Source: Sumerlaeia bacterium | GTDB taxonomy: Bacteria; Sumerlaeota; Sumerlaeia; SLMS01; JAHLLQ01 | Direction: 5' to 3' | DNA length: 40,981 bases | Assembly: GCA_040219255.1 (NCBI GenBank) | Contig: JAVJSW010000066.1 | Span: 1 to 40,981, forward strand | Shown here: one piece after another, positions 1 to 8,991 of the stretch | Layout: each line of letters opens with the position of its first letter | How positions within the stretch are numbered: the first letter of the stretch is position 1 | The notes under the pieces: model-generated | What the model was told of the DNA's origin: nothing | Seen by the model: only the letters and a program-made list of their open reading frames with translations | The model's database searches: none | Translations under genes and position numbers: made by a program

Positions 1-1
1 C

Positions 2-64
2 GGCGACCGGCCCGCCCAGCCCCACGGGGTCCTGTGGGGCGCGGAGTACTACATCAAGAAGTGA
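2..64 (+). CDS. 3' end of a CDS entering from the left edge (partial, unknown product)
   Basis: Frame from position 2 reads GDRPAQPHGVLWGAEYYIKK-TGA with GC3-rich codons; converges on hisH. Confidence 0.5.
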   Translation, partial: GDRPAQPHGVLWGAEYYIKK

Positions 65-77
65 GGCGGGGGCTCTG

Positions 78-737
78 CTACGCGGTCGGAGCCGAGAGCG
101 CTATCCGACCAAAGTTTTCGAGCAGTTTCAAACCCACCCGCTGGCTTTTCTCGGGGTGAAACTGGGTCGCGAAGAGGTTCCCGCTCCAGAGCACGGACGC
201 GATCGGGTGGCCGTAATCGACCTGGGCCGCCACGCAACCGGGGTCCTCCGGAAGGACGTGGAAACTGTGCACGAAATAGGTGTGGGAACCGGGGTCGATA
301 CCGGCCAGCAGCGGGCATTCGGGCCGCAGGAACTCAAGCCCGTTCCATCCCATGTGGGGAACTTTGAAACCTGGCCCCGGGCGCATGCGTGGGCAACGGC
401 CGGGGATTAAACCAAGCCCCTCGACGCCCGGGTCTTCCTCGCCTTCCTGCACCAGCAGTTGCATGCCGACACAGACGCCGAGAAAAACCCGCCCGCCCGA
501 CAGGGCTTCCCGGCCCCGGTCGAGAATCACGCCCAGCAGTCCGCGGCGGCGGATCTCCGACATGGCGTCGCCAAAGGCGCCCACACCCGGCAGGATCACG
601 CCGGGCGCCTGCGCGATAACCGCCGGATCGCCCGTTACGCTCGGGTGAAAGCCCAGATGCGCGAGGGCTTTCTCGACGCTCCGCAGGTTTCCCATGCCGT
701 AATCGATGACGGCGATGTCGGGGGGGCTGTCGGTCAT
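78..737 (-). CDS. hisH: Imidazole glycerol phosphate synthase glutamine amidotransferase subunit
   Basis: Motifs IDYGMGNLRSV, LPGVGAF, GVCVGMQ (catalytic Cys), VPHMGWN, YFVHSF and QFHPEKS. Confidence 0.97.
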   Translation of the reverse strand: MTDSPPDIAVIDYGMGNLRSVEKALAHLGFHPSVTGDPAVIAQAPGVILPGVGAFGDAMSEIRRRGLLGVILDRGREALSGGRVFLGVCVGMQLLVQEGEEDPGVEGLGLIPGRCPRMRPGPGFKVPHMGWNGLEFLRPECPLLAGIDPGSHTYFVHSFHVLPEDPGCVAAQVDYGHPIASVLWSGNLFATQFHPEKSQRVGLKLLENFGRIALSAPTA

Positions 738-2179
738 TTCGGTTTTTCTCCTACGGCGATCACGCTGTTGTGCGTGTGAAAGGGCACTTTCTCGACAAGC
801 TTCACCAGCGGCATGAGCATTTCGAAAACCCGCATGCTCTCCGGCGAGATCGTATCCTTGCCGAGCAACTTGCCATTTACGCGCCAGCCGAGCGCTCCAA
901 AGCGGTTGAAGCCCCAGCAGTCCAGGACCTTGAATCCGGCCGCGGACAACTTGCCGGACAACTCATCGCGCGTGTAGCGGCGGTAATGGCCAATGGCGCG
1001 ATCGACCTTTGTGTAGAGGGCCGGGTCGTGCGGAACCAGAATAATGGCTTTCCCGCCGGGCTTCAGAGCCTTGAAGAAATTCGCGAAGACCTGTTCGTCT
1101 TCCTTGATGTGCTCCGCCACATTGATGCAGATCACGGTGTCGAACAGTTTTCCTGGGGAAGCGGTCTCGATATCTTCGAGTTTCGTCAGGTCGGCCTGGT
1201 GCACATCGAAATTCTGCATGTGGCCGTATGCCTGGTGCAGCCGCTTGACGTAGAAGTCCTCGTAGTCGAGGCAGACGATTCGCCGCTTGCTCAGCATCAG
1301 GTCCGTCAGATTTCCGATGCCGCAGCCCGCTTCCAGAACTTCCTCGCCGATGTGCTCCTCGAACTGATCCATCAGCCAGCGATTGAACTTCTTCGCGCGG
1401 CGTAGCGATTGCAGGATGATGAAGCCATCGTGATTCGTGTAGCGCCGGTCGAGATAGCGGTACTTGACCATGGCCCAGAATGCCTGCACCGCGTCCTTCG
1501 CACCAATCTTCTTGCCCTCGGCGTAACTGCGTCCCTGATAGGAAATGGGAACCTCGTAGATGCGCGCGCCCCAGCGGGCCAGCTTGGCGGACAATTCGGG
1601 CTCGAGATCGAAGCCGTTGCTCCGGATCCGCAGGCTCTTCAAGATATCCGACCGCACCAGTTTATAGCAGGTTTCCATGTCGGTCAGGTTCAAATCGTTC
1701 AGCACGTTGCTGGCGAAGGTCAGCGTCTTGTTCGCCAGGGTGTGCCAGAACAGCATGGCCCGGCGGTAACGGCCCGTGAGAAAGCGCGAGCCGAAGACCG
1801 CGTCGGCGATCCCTTCCTGCACCGGCACCAGCATCGTCGCCCAATCGCGCGGGTCGTACTCCAGGTCGGCGTCCTGGATGATGGCCCAATCGCCCGTCAG
1901 ATGGCGAATGGCGGTGCGGATGGCCGCGCCCTTGCCCTGGTTCTGGCGATGGAAAATCAACTTGGTGTCGTCACGGGATTCGGCGAACTTGCGCAGGATC
2001 TCTCGGCTGCCGTCCTTCGATCCGTCATCCACGATGACCAACTCCCGTTCGCACGGCAGGGGAGCACTGACGACCCGGTCGAGAAGTTTCTCGAGGGTTC
2101 GAATCTCGTTGTAGACTGGGATCAGAATACTGAGTTTCTTGATGTTGGCGTTTGGTGCGGGGGAATTTGGGAGGGTCAT
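734..2179 (-). CDS. GT2 (DPM1-like) glycosyltransferase fused to a class I SAM-dependent methyltransferase domain
   Basis: N-terminal IPVYNE, VDDGSKDGS, NQGKGAA, QDADLEYDP and DMETCYK; C-terminal VLEAGCGIG, INVAEHI and LKPGG. Stop overlaps the hisH start (ATGA). Confidence 0.9.
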   Translation of the reverse strand: MTLPNSPAPNANIKKLSILIPVYNEIRTLEKLLDRVVSAPLPCERELVIVDDGSKDGSREILRKFAESRDDTKLIFHRQNQGKGAAIRTAIRHLTGDWAIIQDADLEYDPRDWATMLVPVQEGIADAVFGSRFLTGRYRRAMLFWHTLANKTLTFASNVLNDLNLTDMETCYKLVRSDILKSLRIRSNGFDLEPELSAKLARWGARIYEVPISYQGRSYAEGKKIGAKDAVQAFWAMVKYRYLDRRYTNHDGFIILQSLRRAKKFNRWLMDQFEEHIGEEVLEAGCGIGNLTDLMLSKRRIVCLDYEDFYVKRLHQAYGHMQNFDVHQADLTKLEDIETASPGKLFDTVICINVAEHIKEDEQVFANFFKALKPGGKAIILVPHDPALYTKVDRAIGHYRRYTRDELSGKLSAAGFKVLDCWGFNRFGALGWRVNGKLLGKDTISPESMRVFEMLMPLVKLVEKVPFHTHNSVIAVGEKPK

Positions 2180-2346
2180 GAGGGGCGAGCCTGAGGCGGA
2201 TTCCGAGAGTCGAGGCTACGGTCTTAGATTTTGGTGGCCGCCGGGGGGCAAGGCGGATATGGTTTTCCACAGCCTGAATCGGCGCCGTTTTTCCTTGCGG
2301 CAGCCGCCCCGTGCCGCTTGAAACGAAGGCAACCGCGGAGGATCGC

Positions 2347-3870
2347 ATGACCACTTTTCGACTCACTCTGACCGCTGCCCTGCTCGCGTGCCTTGCCGCG
2401 CATCAGGTCTTCGCCCAAGACGACCCTTTTGCCATGCCGGAGGACAGCCCCTTCGAGGTGGTTGACGATGGCGCGGGCGAGGGTGCGGCGATCGATCCCT
2501 TCGCGGCCAGCGGTGAGGAATTCACCGAGGACCCCTTCGCCGGCTCGGGCGAGGCCATCGATCCCTTCTCCACCGAAGGAGCCGATCCCTTCGCCGGACC
2601 GGGCGCCGGCTCTCCCGGTCCGGCCGATCCCTTTGGCATGGATGCTCCCGCCCAATCCCCCTTTGGCGGCGGCATGGGCACCGATACGGGCGATCCCTTC
2701 GCCGATCCAGGGGCGGCTCCTTTCGGCTCGCCGGAAGGCGCCGGTGACTTCAGCGGTTTCGCGACGCCCTCGGAAATCGGCGCTTTCGAAGATGTGACGC
2801 CTGCCAGCGACGAAGATCCCTTCGCCCTCGACGGCGGGGAAGACCCCTTCGCGGTCGGTGCGGCCGAGGACCCCTTCGGCGTCCTGCCGACGCCCGACAC
2901 GGATCTGATCGGGGGTCCGGGCGCTGGGCCAGCGGGAGGATTTGGCGCTCCCTTTGGGGAAGACAACCCCTTCGCGGGCGCTACCGACGTGGCGGAAACG
3001 CCCGCGGAAGCCACCGCCAAGGTGAATCCGGATCAACTGGTCACCTTCCGCTACGACACCGAATTTCTCTGGAACGGCCGCGAAATCGTGGTCCGCAAAC
3101 GCATGTCTCTGGCCGAGGCGCAGACCTTTGACGACGCCGAAATCAGAGAGCAGCGGGACCGCCTCGAAGCGGGCGAGATCGCCATCCAGCCCGGCGCCAG
3201 CCCCCAGGACTACGCCCAGTGGCTCTACTACTACGACCAACTGGACCTTTGGAGCCAGTACGTGGATGACGTGGTGCTGGCCCGCCAGGCTGACTCACCC
3301 GCGGCGGTGAGCCAGGTGCAGTGGCCCGGCTCGGGTCAAGCTGGCCCCGGCCAGCAGGGCCAGCAGCAATTCGTTTCCACCGGCGGTGCCAATCGGCTCG
3401 TCGAGCAAACTCAGAACCAGTCGCTCGACGATCAGGTCGGGGGCTTCTTCGTCTCTCCGCAGGCGGACGGACAGAATCAACCGGCCGGTTTCCCCCCAAG
3501 CACCATCGAGACCCAGGTTGTAGATCTTTACAACACGAAGCTGACGGAACTGCGTCAGATGGAAGAAGAGCAGCAGTACTTCATGGCGGGCTTCCTGACT
3601 CGCATCCAGGAGCGGATCAATCGTCGGCTCGCCTACCAGGACTGGCTGAACGATCAGCAACTCCTTCTGCGGGAATTCGCCCAGGATTGGAACCGCCGAT
3701 ACAATGGCGACGTCGAAATGATCGGCGGTGTGCGCTATGAACTCTATGCCCCCGGCAACGTCCCGAACCGTGTGCCCCGCAACACCAATGTCGTCATCAC
3801 GGATCACCGGCTCACGCCTTACGACATCCTGACTGAAGACGGCCAACTGCGCGAGGCGGCCCGGCAGTAA
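2347..3870 (+). CDS. Secreted hypothetical protein with an acidic DPF-repeat low-complexity N-terminal region
   Basis: GGAGG RBS before ATG 2347; signal peptide ending VFA|QDD; 10 DPF plus 5 [SAN]PF motifs; globular/coiled-coil C-terminal half. Confidence 0.85.
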   Translation: MTTFRLTLTAALLACLAAHQVFAQDDPFAMPEDSPFEVVDDGAGEGAAIDPFAASGEEFTEDPFAGSGEAIDPFSTEGADPFAGPGAGSPGPADPFGMDAPAQSPFGGGMGTDTGDPFADPGAAPFGSPEGAGDFSGFATPSEIGAFEDVTPASDEDPFALDGGEDPFAVGAAEDPFGVLPTPDTDLIGGPGAGPAGGFGAPFGEDNPFAGATDVAETPAEATAKVNPDQLVTFRYDTEFLWNGREIVVRKRMSLAEAQTFDDAEIREQRDRLEAGEIAIQPGASPQDYAQWLYYYDQLDLWSQYVDDVVLARQADSPAAVSQVQWPGSGQAGPGQQGQQQFVSTGGANRLVEQTQNQSLDDQVGGFFVSPQADGQNQPAGFPPSTIETQVVDLYNTKLTELRQMEEEQQYFMAGFLTRIQERINRRLAYQDWLNDQQLLLREFAQDWNRRYNGDVEMIGGVRYELYAPGNVPNRVPRNTNVVITDHRLTPYDILTEDGQLREAARQ

Positions 3871-3924
3871 AGCCGGCACCGGCTTCTTTCCGCGGCCGGT
3901 CCAGGCTCGCGCTCTCTAGACAGG

Positions 3925-3956
3925 GGCAGCCGCCGGCACGGGGGCTGCCTTTTTTT
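3925..3956 (+). terminator. Rho-independent terminator
   Basis: GGCAGCC...GGCTGCC stem followed by T7, downstream of the DPF-repeat gene. Confidence 0.7.
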
Positions 3957-3994
3957 GACTCGACGACTCCTTGCTGGAAAGCTTTCCCCCGAAA

Positions 3995-5440
3995 ATGAAA
4001 CGGCGCCAGAAAATCAAACGCTCCACCGCGGCCTCCAAATCCTGGGAAATGTTCGCGGTGGCGACTCCCACGCGCGAGTCGCAAAAACTGCCGGAACTCC
4101 TCCCCGTGCCGCCCCGCGAACTGCAACGCGCCCAATCGGGCCGCGTCTCCTACACAGAGTTCGCCCAGTGGCTCCGCAAGTACCTGCGCGAAACGCCGGA
4201 GGCGGAAAATCGAGAGGTCCTCGAGAAAACCGCCGAGCGCTTGGCGTTGCTCCAAGAGTCCAAGGAGGCGGCGGCCGGGGGAGACTTTCAGACCGCCCGC
4301 GAGAAGCTACTGCGGGCCCATGAACTGGAGCCGGGCGACGCGCTGGCGGCCCTGGACCTCGCGTCCATCGAACACAATCTGAATAACAACCAGAGGGCGG
4401 AGGAACTCCTTGGCGGTCTCCAGCAGCGCCTCACGGGCGAAGCGCGTTTCGAACTGGTTCGCAGCCGCGTCGCCGGTGCCCTCGGCAGGGGAGACGAGCA
4501 ACGGGCCATCCTTTGGTCCGCCTACGAGCGCAACCCCAAGAACGGGACCCTTCTGAACGAGTTGCAGTCTCTCGGCGAAGTCATCGCGACAAAATTCAAT
4601 ACGGAAAAGCCCGATCAAATCCGTTTCACCAAACGCGCTGAGTACGATCAGGCGGTCAAGAAAGCCTTCGCCGACCTGGAAGCCAAGAAGGACTGGAAAG
4701 CTCTCGGGGCCCAGGTGAAGTTCCACCTGGAGGACGGGCGCGCCGATCTCGCGATGGATGCCGCGCGTATCCTCTACAAACACAAGGACGTATTCCCTCG
4801 CGCCGCCCACTTCCGAGGCCTCGCGCTGGTCGAGTTGAAGAATCTGCCCGAGGCCCTCCAAGTCCTGGAGCCCTACTGCGCGGCCAACCCAGCGGACACG
4901 GCGGCGAAAGTGGCCCTGGCCCGCGCGCAGGGCGCGAGCGGCAATGCGGAGGCGGCACGGGCGACCCTGCGGGAAACGCTGGAGCAGGATCCGGAGAACC
5001 TGACGGCGGCGGAACTCCTGATTCTTCAGTACCAGAGCGATGAGGAACGGTGGCAAATGGCCGAGGAGCTGGCGCAGAAGTACCCGGCCGCCTGGGTTCC
5101 GCATAAGACGAAGGGCGATCTTCACTTCGCGAAAGAGCAGTTTAACGAAGCGCTTGAATGCCACCTCAAGGCTTGGTCAAAAGGCCACGCCGACGACGCG
5201 CTGACCATGGCGCTGCACGAAATGGGACGCCTGGGCAAGATCGGCGAGGCGGTGAAATTGATCAAGACCGTCACCGACCTCGACAACCGTGGCGCCAAGG
5301 TGCGCTGGAATTCGGCGAACCTTTTGATCGAAGCCCGCCGCTATGAGCCGGCCAAACAGATTCTCCGCCGCATGGTCGCCGATAAACGCCTGCCCCACGG
5401 GGCGCGGCTGGCGGCCAACAATTTGCTCCGCGAGTTCTAA
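3995..5440 (+). CDS. Tetratricopeptide-repeat protein
   Basis: Repeated TPR-like helical pairs (e.g. ARATLRETLEQDPEN, KGDLHFAKEQFNEALECH). Start is ATG 3995 or TTG 3971. Confidence 0.8.
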   Translation: MKRRQKIKRSTAASKSWEMFAVATPTRESQKLPELLPVPPRELQRAQSGRVSYTEFAQWLRKYLRETPEAENREVLEKTAERLALLQESKEAAAGGDFQTAREKLLRAHELEPGDALAALDLASIEHNLNNNQRAEELLGGLQQRLTGEARFELVRSRVAGALGRGDEQRAILWSAYERNPKNGTLLNELQSLGEVIATKFNTEKPDQIRFTKRAEYDQAVKKAFADLEAKKDWKALGAQVKFHLEDGRADLAMDAARILYKHKDVFPRAAHFRGLALVELKNLPEALQVLEPYCAANPADTAAKVALARAQGASGNAEAARATLRETLEQDPENLTAAELLILQYQSDEERWQMAEELAQKYPAAWVPHKTKGDLHFAKEQFNEALECHLKAWSKGHADDALTMALHEMGRLGKIGEAVKLIKTVTDLDNRGAKVRWNSANLLIEARRYEPAKQILRRMVADKRLPHGARLAANNLLREF

Positions 5441-5488
5441 GGCCGCTCCGGCCAAAGAAACGCCGCCTAAGCGGGGGGACTCGACCGC

Positions 5489-6640
5489 CTGGTATATCTC
5501 GATCACAACGCCACCACGCCTCTGGACCCTCAAGTTCTGGAGGCCATGCTGCCCTATTTGACGAACCATTTCGGCAACCCGTCGTCGACGCATCGCTATG
5601 GCGTCGAGGCGCGTTATGCCGTGGAAAAAGCCCGGCGCCGCATCGCCAAGCTCTTGTCGCTTCCCAACCCCGATTGGGCGATCTTCACCTCTGGGGCAAC
5701 GGAAGCCAACAACCTGTACCTGCGCGGCATCGTCGAGCTACGACGGCGCGGGGGAGTAGCTTGCCATCTCTTGTCGGCGGCGACGGAACACAAAGCGGTG
5801 CTCGATCCCCTGAAGGAGGCCGCGAACGCGCCAGGAGTCGAACTTACGCTTGTGACACCGGACTCCGAGGGCCGGGTCACTTCGAGCGAACTTGTCGATC
5901 ATTTACGCGCGGAGACAGCTCTCGTCTCCCTGATGTTGGCAAACAACGAAATTGGAACCATCCAAGCCGTTCCGGAAATCGCCGCCGCGGTTCGTGAACG
6001 CTCTGCCGCCATGATTCATTGCGACGCCGTGCAAGCGGCGGGCAAGCTGCCGCTGCACTTTCCAAGCCTCGGCGTCGACGCCATCACGCTGTCCGCCCAC
6101 AAGTTCCACGGCCCCAAGGGGATCGGCCTCTTGGTCTGCGACCCCGACAAAGCCCTCGCGCCGCTGCTTTCCGGCGGAGGTCAGGAGCGGAACCTGCGTG
6201 CCGGCACCGAAAACGTGGCGGGTATCGTCGGCATGGCCAAGGCTCTGGAACTGGCCATCGAAGAGCTGGAGGAACTGAACACCCGCCTTGTCCCCTTGCG
6301 CGAGCGCCTATGGGCGAGCATCGCGAGTCATTGCCCAGGCGCCGTTCGCAACAGTCCGTCCGAGGGTTCCCTGCCCGAACTGCTGAACGTCTCGCTGCCG
6401 GGTTTCGAAGGCTCTCGTCTCGTTCAGGCGCTCGACGAACGAGGCTTCGCCGTCTCGGCGGGAAGCGCCTGCGCCAGCTCGCAGTCCACCGGCAGTCATG
6501 TCGTCCTGGCGATTTCCGGCGGCGACGAGGCGCGGACACGCGGGGCACTGCGAATCGGGCTTGGCCGCGACACGGGATGGGCGCAAATTGAGGGGTTCGC
6601 CCCCGCGCTGGCAGGCATACTTGCGGAAAGGGATTCTTGA
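5489..6640 (+). CDS. iscS: Cysteine desulfurase, IscS/NifS group I; probable CTG start
   Basis: YLDHNATTP lies upstream of the ORF-track ATG; also FTSGATEANN, EHKAV, NNEIG, DAVQ, SAHKFHGPKG, RAGTEN and SAGSACAS (catalytic Cys). Confidence 0.92.
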   Translation: MVYLDHNATTPLDPQVLEAMLPYLTNHFGNPSSTHRYGVEARYAVEKARRRIAKLLSLPNPDWAIFTSGATEANNLYLRGIVELRRRGGVACHLLSAATEHKAVLDPLKEAANAPGVELTLVTPDSEGRVTSSELVDHLRAETALVSLMLANNEIGTIQAVPEIAAAVRERSAAMIHCDAVQAAGKLPLHFPSLGVDAITLSAHKFHGPKGIGLLVCDPDKALAPLLSGGGQERNLRAGTENVAGIVGMAKALELAIEELEELNTRLVPLRERLWASIASHCPGAVRNSPSEGSLPELLNVSLPGFEGSRLVQALDERGFAVSAGSACASSQSTGSHVVLAISGGDEARTRGALRIGLGRDTGWAQIEGFAPALAGILAERDS

Positions 6641-6705
6641 TGCCCATGGATAGGGTCAAGAGTCTCCAACCTTGGAATCCGGCTGGCGAATGCCGAGCGT
6701 TTTTC

Positions 6706-6733
6706 ACTTCGTTAAATTGACATTATTTACGCC
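6706..6733. other. dif-like Xer recombination site candidate
   Basis: ACTTCGTTAAA-TTGACA-TTATTTACGCC has an 11-6-11 layout resembling bacterial dif sites; AT-rich; about 105 bp upstream of the Xer-type gene. Confidence 0.45.
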
Positions 6734-6839
6734 ATGCCGATTTCGGCCTCCGCGATAGGGGAGCGGCCGGCCCAGGGGTGCCTCGTTGACTTTTTCGAAC
6801 TTGACGGGGTGTGGAGCCTTGGGTCAGCAGCAGGGCGTT

Positions 6840-7727
6840 ATGAAGCTGTCCTCCGCCATTGACGATTTCCTGCGCCACGTGCGCATCGAGCGCGGTCTCT
6901 CGCCGCACACCCACCGGGCCTATCAGCTCGATTTGCGGAAGCTTCTCGCCTACCTGCAAGAGGTGTACGATCCCGAGCCACGCGCCGCGGAGGTGCGCAC
7001 GCTTTGGCTGAAGGATTTTCTGGCCCACCTTCGGGATGAACGGGATTATCGGCCGCGGAGCCTGAGCCGGATGATGAGCACGCTGCGGGTGTTTTTCGCC
7101 TACTGCCTGCGCCAGGAATGGGTGGCCGCGGACCCGGCGGTGGCGCTTCATAACCCGAAAATTCCCAAACACCTGCCGGTGTTTCTTGTGGAGCGGGAAA
7201 TCCGCCGGCTCCTGGAACCTCCCGCCGATCCGGACCCGATCGCCCAGCGCGACCACGCCATGCTGGTGCTGTTCGTGTTCTCCGGGATGCGATTGTCCGA
7301 GTTGGTGGGACTCAACCTGCGGGACCTGGATTTCACGAGCATGGTGCTGCGCGTGCGGGGCAAGGGGAACAAGGAGCGCCTGCTGCCGCTGCACCGGGAA
7401 CCGGCTGTCGTGGTTCGGCGCTATATTCGGGATTTCCGTCGGGGCGCGCCGGGGGAGGAAGCCTGCTTCCTGGGGAGGGACGAGGCGCGAATCACGCCGC
7501 GAGCCGTATCCTACGCGGTCGAGAAAGCGGTGCAGCGGGCCGGCCTGAGCCAGAAGATCACGCCGCACAAGCTGCGCCACACGTTCGCCACGCAGTTGTT
7601 GCACAACGGGGCGAGTCTGATCGAAATCAAGGAATTGCTGGGGCACTCGCATGTGGTCACGACCAGCATTTACACGCACACGAACGTGGCGCGGCTGAGG
7701 GGAGCGGTGGAGAAACTTGCGAACTGA
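6840..7727 (+). CDS. XerC/XerD-family tyrosine recombinase
   Basis: N-terminal SAM-like domain (ERGLSPHTHRAYQLDL) and intact catalytic residues: GMRLSE (R), GKGNKER (K), HKLRH, LLGH and TSIYTH (Y). Confidence 0.93.
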   Translation: MKLSSAIDDFLRHVRIERGLSPHTHRAYQLDLRKLLAYLQEVYDPEPRAAEVRTLWLKDFLAHLRDERDYRPRSLSRMMSTLRVFFAYCLRQEWVAADPAVALHNPKIPKHLPVFLVEREIRRLLEPPADPDPIAQRDHAMLVLFVFSGMRLSELVGLNLRDLDFTSMVLRVRGKGNKERLLPLHREPAVVVRRYIRDFRRGAPGEEACFLGRDEARITPRAVSYAVEKAVQRAGLSQKITPHKLRHTFATQLLHNGASLIEIKELLGHSHVVTTSIYTHTNVARLRGAVEKLAN

Positions 7728-7840
7728 CGCTGGATTTGCCCTCGACTTCTCCCCCGGCCTGACTCCTGCTTTTGCTCTGATCGAGATTCCTGCCTCGCGC
7801 CGGAAAGCTACCGGGCGCGACCGCCAGGAGGATATTTCTT

Positions 7841-8302
7841 ATGAAGTTACTACTGAAGGTATTTCTGGCTTTTGTCGTTCTCTCCGCCCTGTTCGTGGGC
7901 GGCTATCACTTCAAGAAGAAGATGGACGCGAAAGATTTGTCATCGATGTTGACGGCTCAATCGGTGGACAAGGACGCGAAGCGGAAAGCCGCGGAGGCGG
8001 CCGCGCCGAAGCCGGCGCCCACGCCTCCGCCGTTTACGGAAGCGCAGTTGGCAACGTTGCAGAACGCGCTGGCGAACGCCGCCAAGGCAGCTCAAGTTTC
8101 CATCAAGGGCTACCAGGTGGGCAACGGGCGGCTCTATGTCACGGTTCAGTGGAAGGGTGGCAACATGGCGCGGGGCGGGGATTTCGTGGATGCGCTGCTC
8201 AAGAGCGGGACGATCGTGGACTTCAACGATCGGGGAAAACAATCGCAGACGGTTCAGGGAGAATATCTGCACACCCTCGCCTTAGAGCTTGTCCCGGCCT
8301 GA
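7841..8302 (+). CDS. Hypothetical membrane-anchored protein
   Basis: AGGAGG RBS; N-terminal hydrophobic helix; Pro/Ala linker; small alpha/beta C-terminal domain. Confidence 0.75.
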   Translation: MKLLLKVFLAFVVLSALFVGGYHFKKKMDAKDLSSMLTAQSVDKDAKRKAAEAAAPKPAPTPPPFTEAQLATLQNALANAAKAAQVSIKGYQVGNGRLYVTVQWKGGNMARGGDFVDALLKSGTIVDFNDRGKQSQTVQGEYLHTLALELVPA

Positions 8303-8394
8303 AGGTTCTTTTCATCATCCCTGGCTACGATATGTCGACCCCCTGGCCGGCGAAGGCCGAGGAATCGGGGGGATCGTCGCGAAAGGAGCCGGAG

Positions 8395-8850
8395 ATGGCC
8401 ACTGTCAGAACGGACGACGGCGCGGAAATCGATCTCAGCAAAGCGCCGCGGACGCAGAATGACCTCGTGCGGTTTCTCTTGAATTCCCGTCTCGTTCTGG
8501 AAGAACCCGACGAGATGGATGGCACAATCCCACAGGACCGGCTCGCAGCGGAACTGCGCCAATGCGTGCGCCGTGACTTCGAGCTGGCTGGCGATCCGGT
8601 TCTCGAGTTCCGCCTGTTGGGCACCATTGGCGACTCGTGCTACTGGATTTACTCCTGCACGCCGCTGCCCGATCATCCTCTCTTCGTGTACATGGTGCGG
8701 CACGGCGCGATCGCCGAAATTAAGTACAGCGAGATTTCCCTAGCCTATCGCGACGGCGACGGCACGCTGCACGACCGCCTGCTGAGCGCGGAGCAATTGG
8801 CCGTGATGGACTACATTCTTTCAAACCGGCGCGAGGAGGGATGGCCATAA
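8395..8850 (+). CDS. Hypothetical protein
   Basis: AAGGAG RBS before ATG 8395 (alternative start 8332); this is the plausible coding part of ORF 7717..8850. Confidence 0.65.
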   Translation: MATVRTDDGAEIDLSKAPRTQNDLVRFLLNSRLVLEEPDEMDGTIPQDRLAAELRQCVRRDFELAGDPVLEFRLLGTIGDSCYWIYSCTPLPDHPLFVYMVRHGAIAEIKYSEISLAYRDGDGTLHDRLLSAEQLAVMDYILSNRREEGWP

Positions 8851-8991
8851 CTGTCATGCCGTGAAGTGCGCCGGTGTTCTTGCTTGAGTGCGCTTGTGTT
8901 CTTGCGGTTGCGTTCTTCCGCGGAGACTGTGGCACCGTGCGGTTGATGAACGGCTCTGCACACCCGGATAATTGGCTTGGTCCGCGATCCC

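Noticed and set aside
2410-2990. Periodic GA(C/T)CCCTTC repeats as a CRISPR array
   Set aside because: The repeats are only ~9 bp, irregularly spaced, in frame and encode DPF; no cas genes.
6840-7727. Recombinase as a prophage, ICE or integron integrase
   Set aside because: Size and motifs are XerC/D-like, it lacks the integron-integrase insertion, and no phage, conjugation or attC-like arrays are adjacent.
7717-8394. N-terminal extension of ORF 7717..8850
   Set aside because: It overlaps the RBS-supported gene 7841..8302 in another frame; the likely start is 8395 (or 8332).
8863-8920. Short imperfect tandem repeat (AGTGCGC..GTGTTCTTGC x2) upstream of the kinase
   Set aside because: Only two degenerate copies, and no function can be supported.
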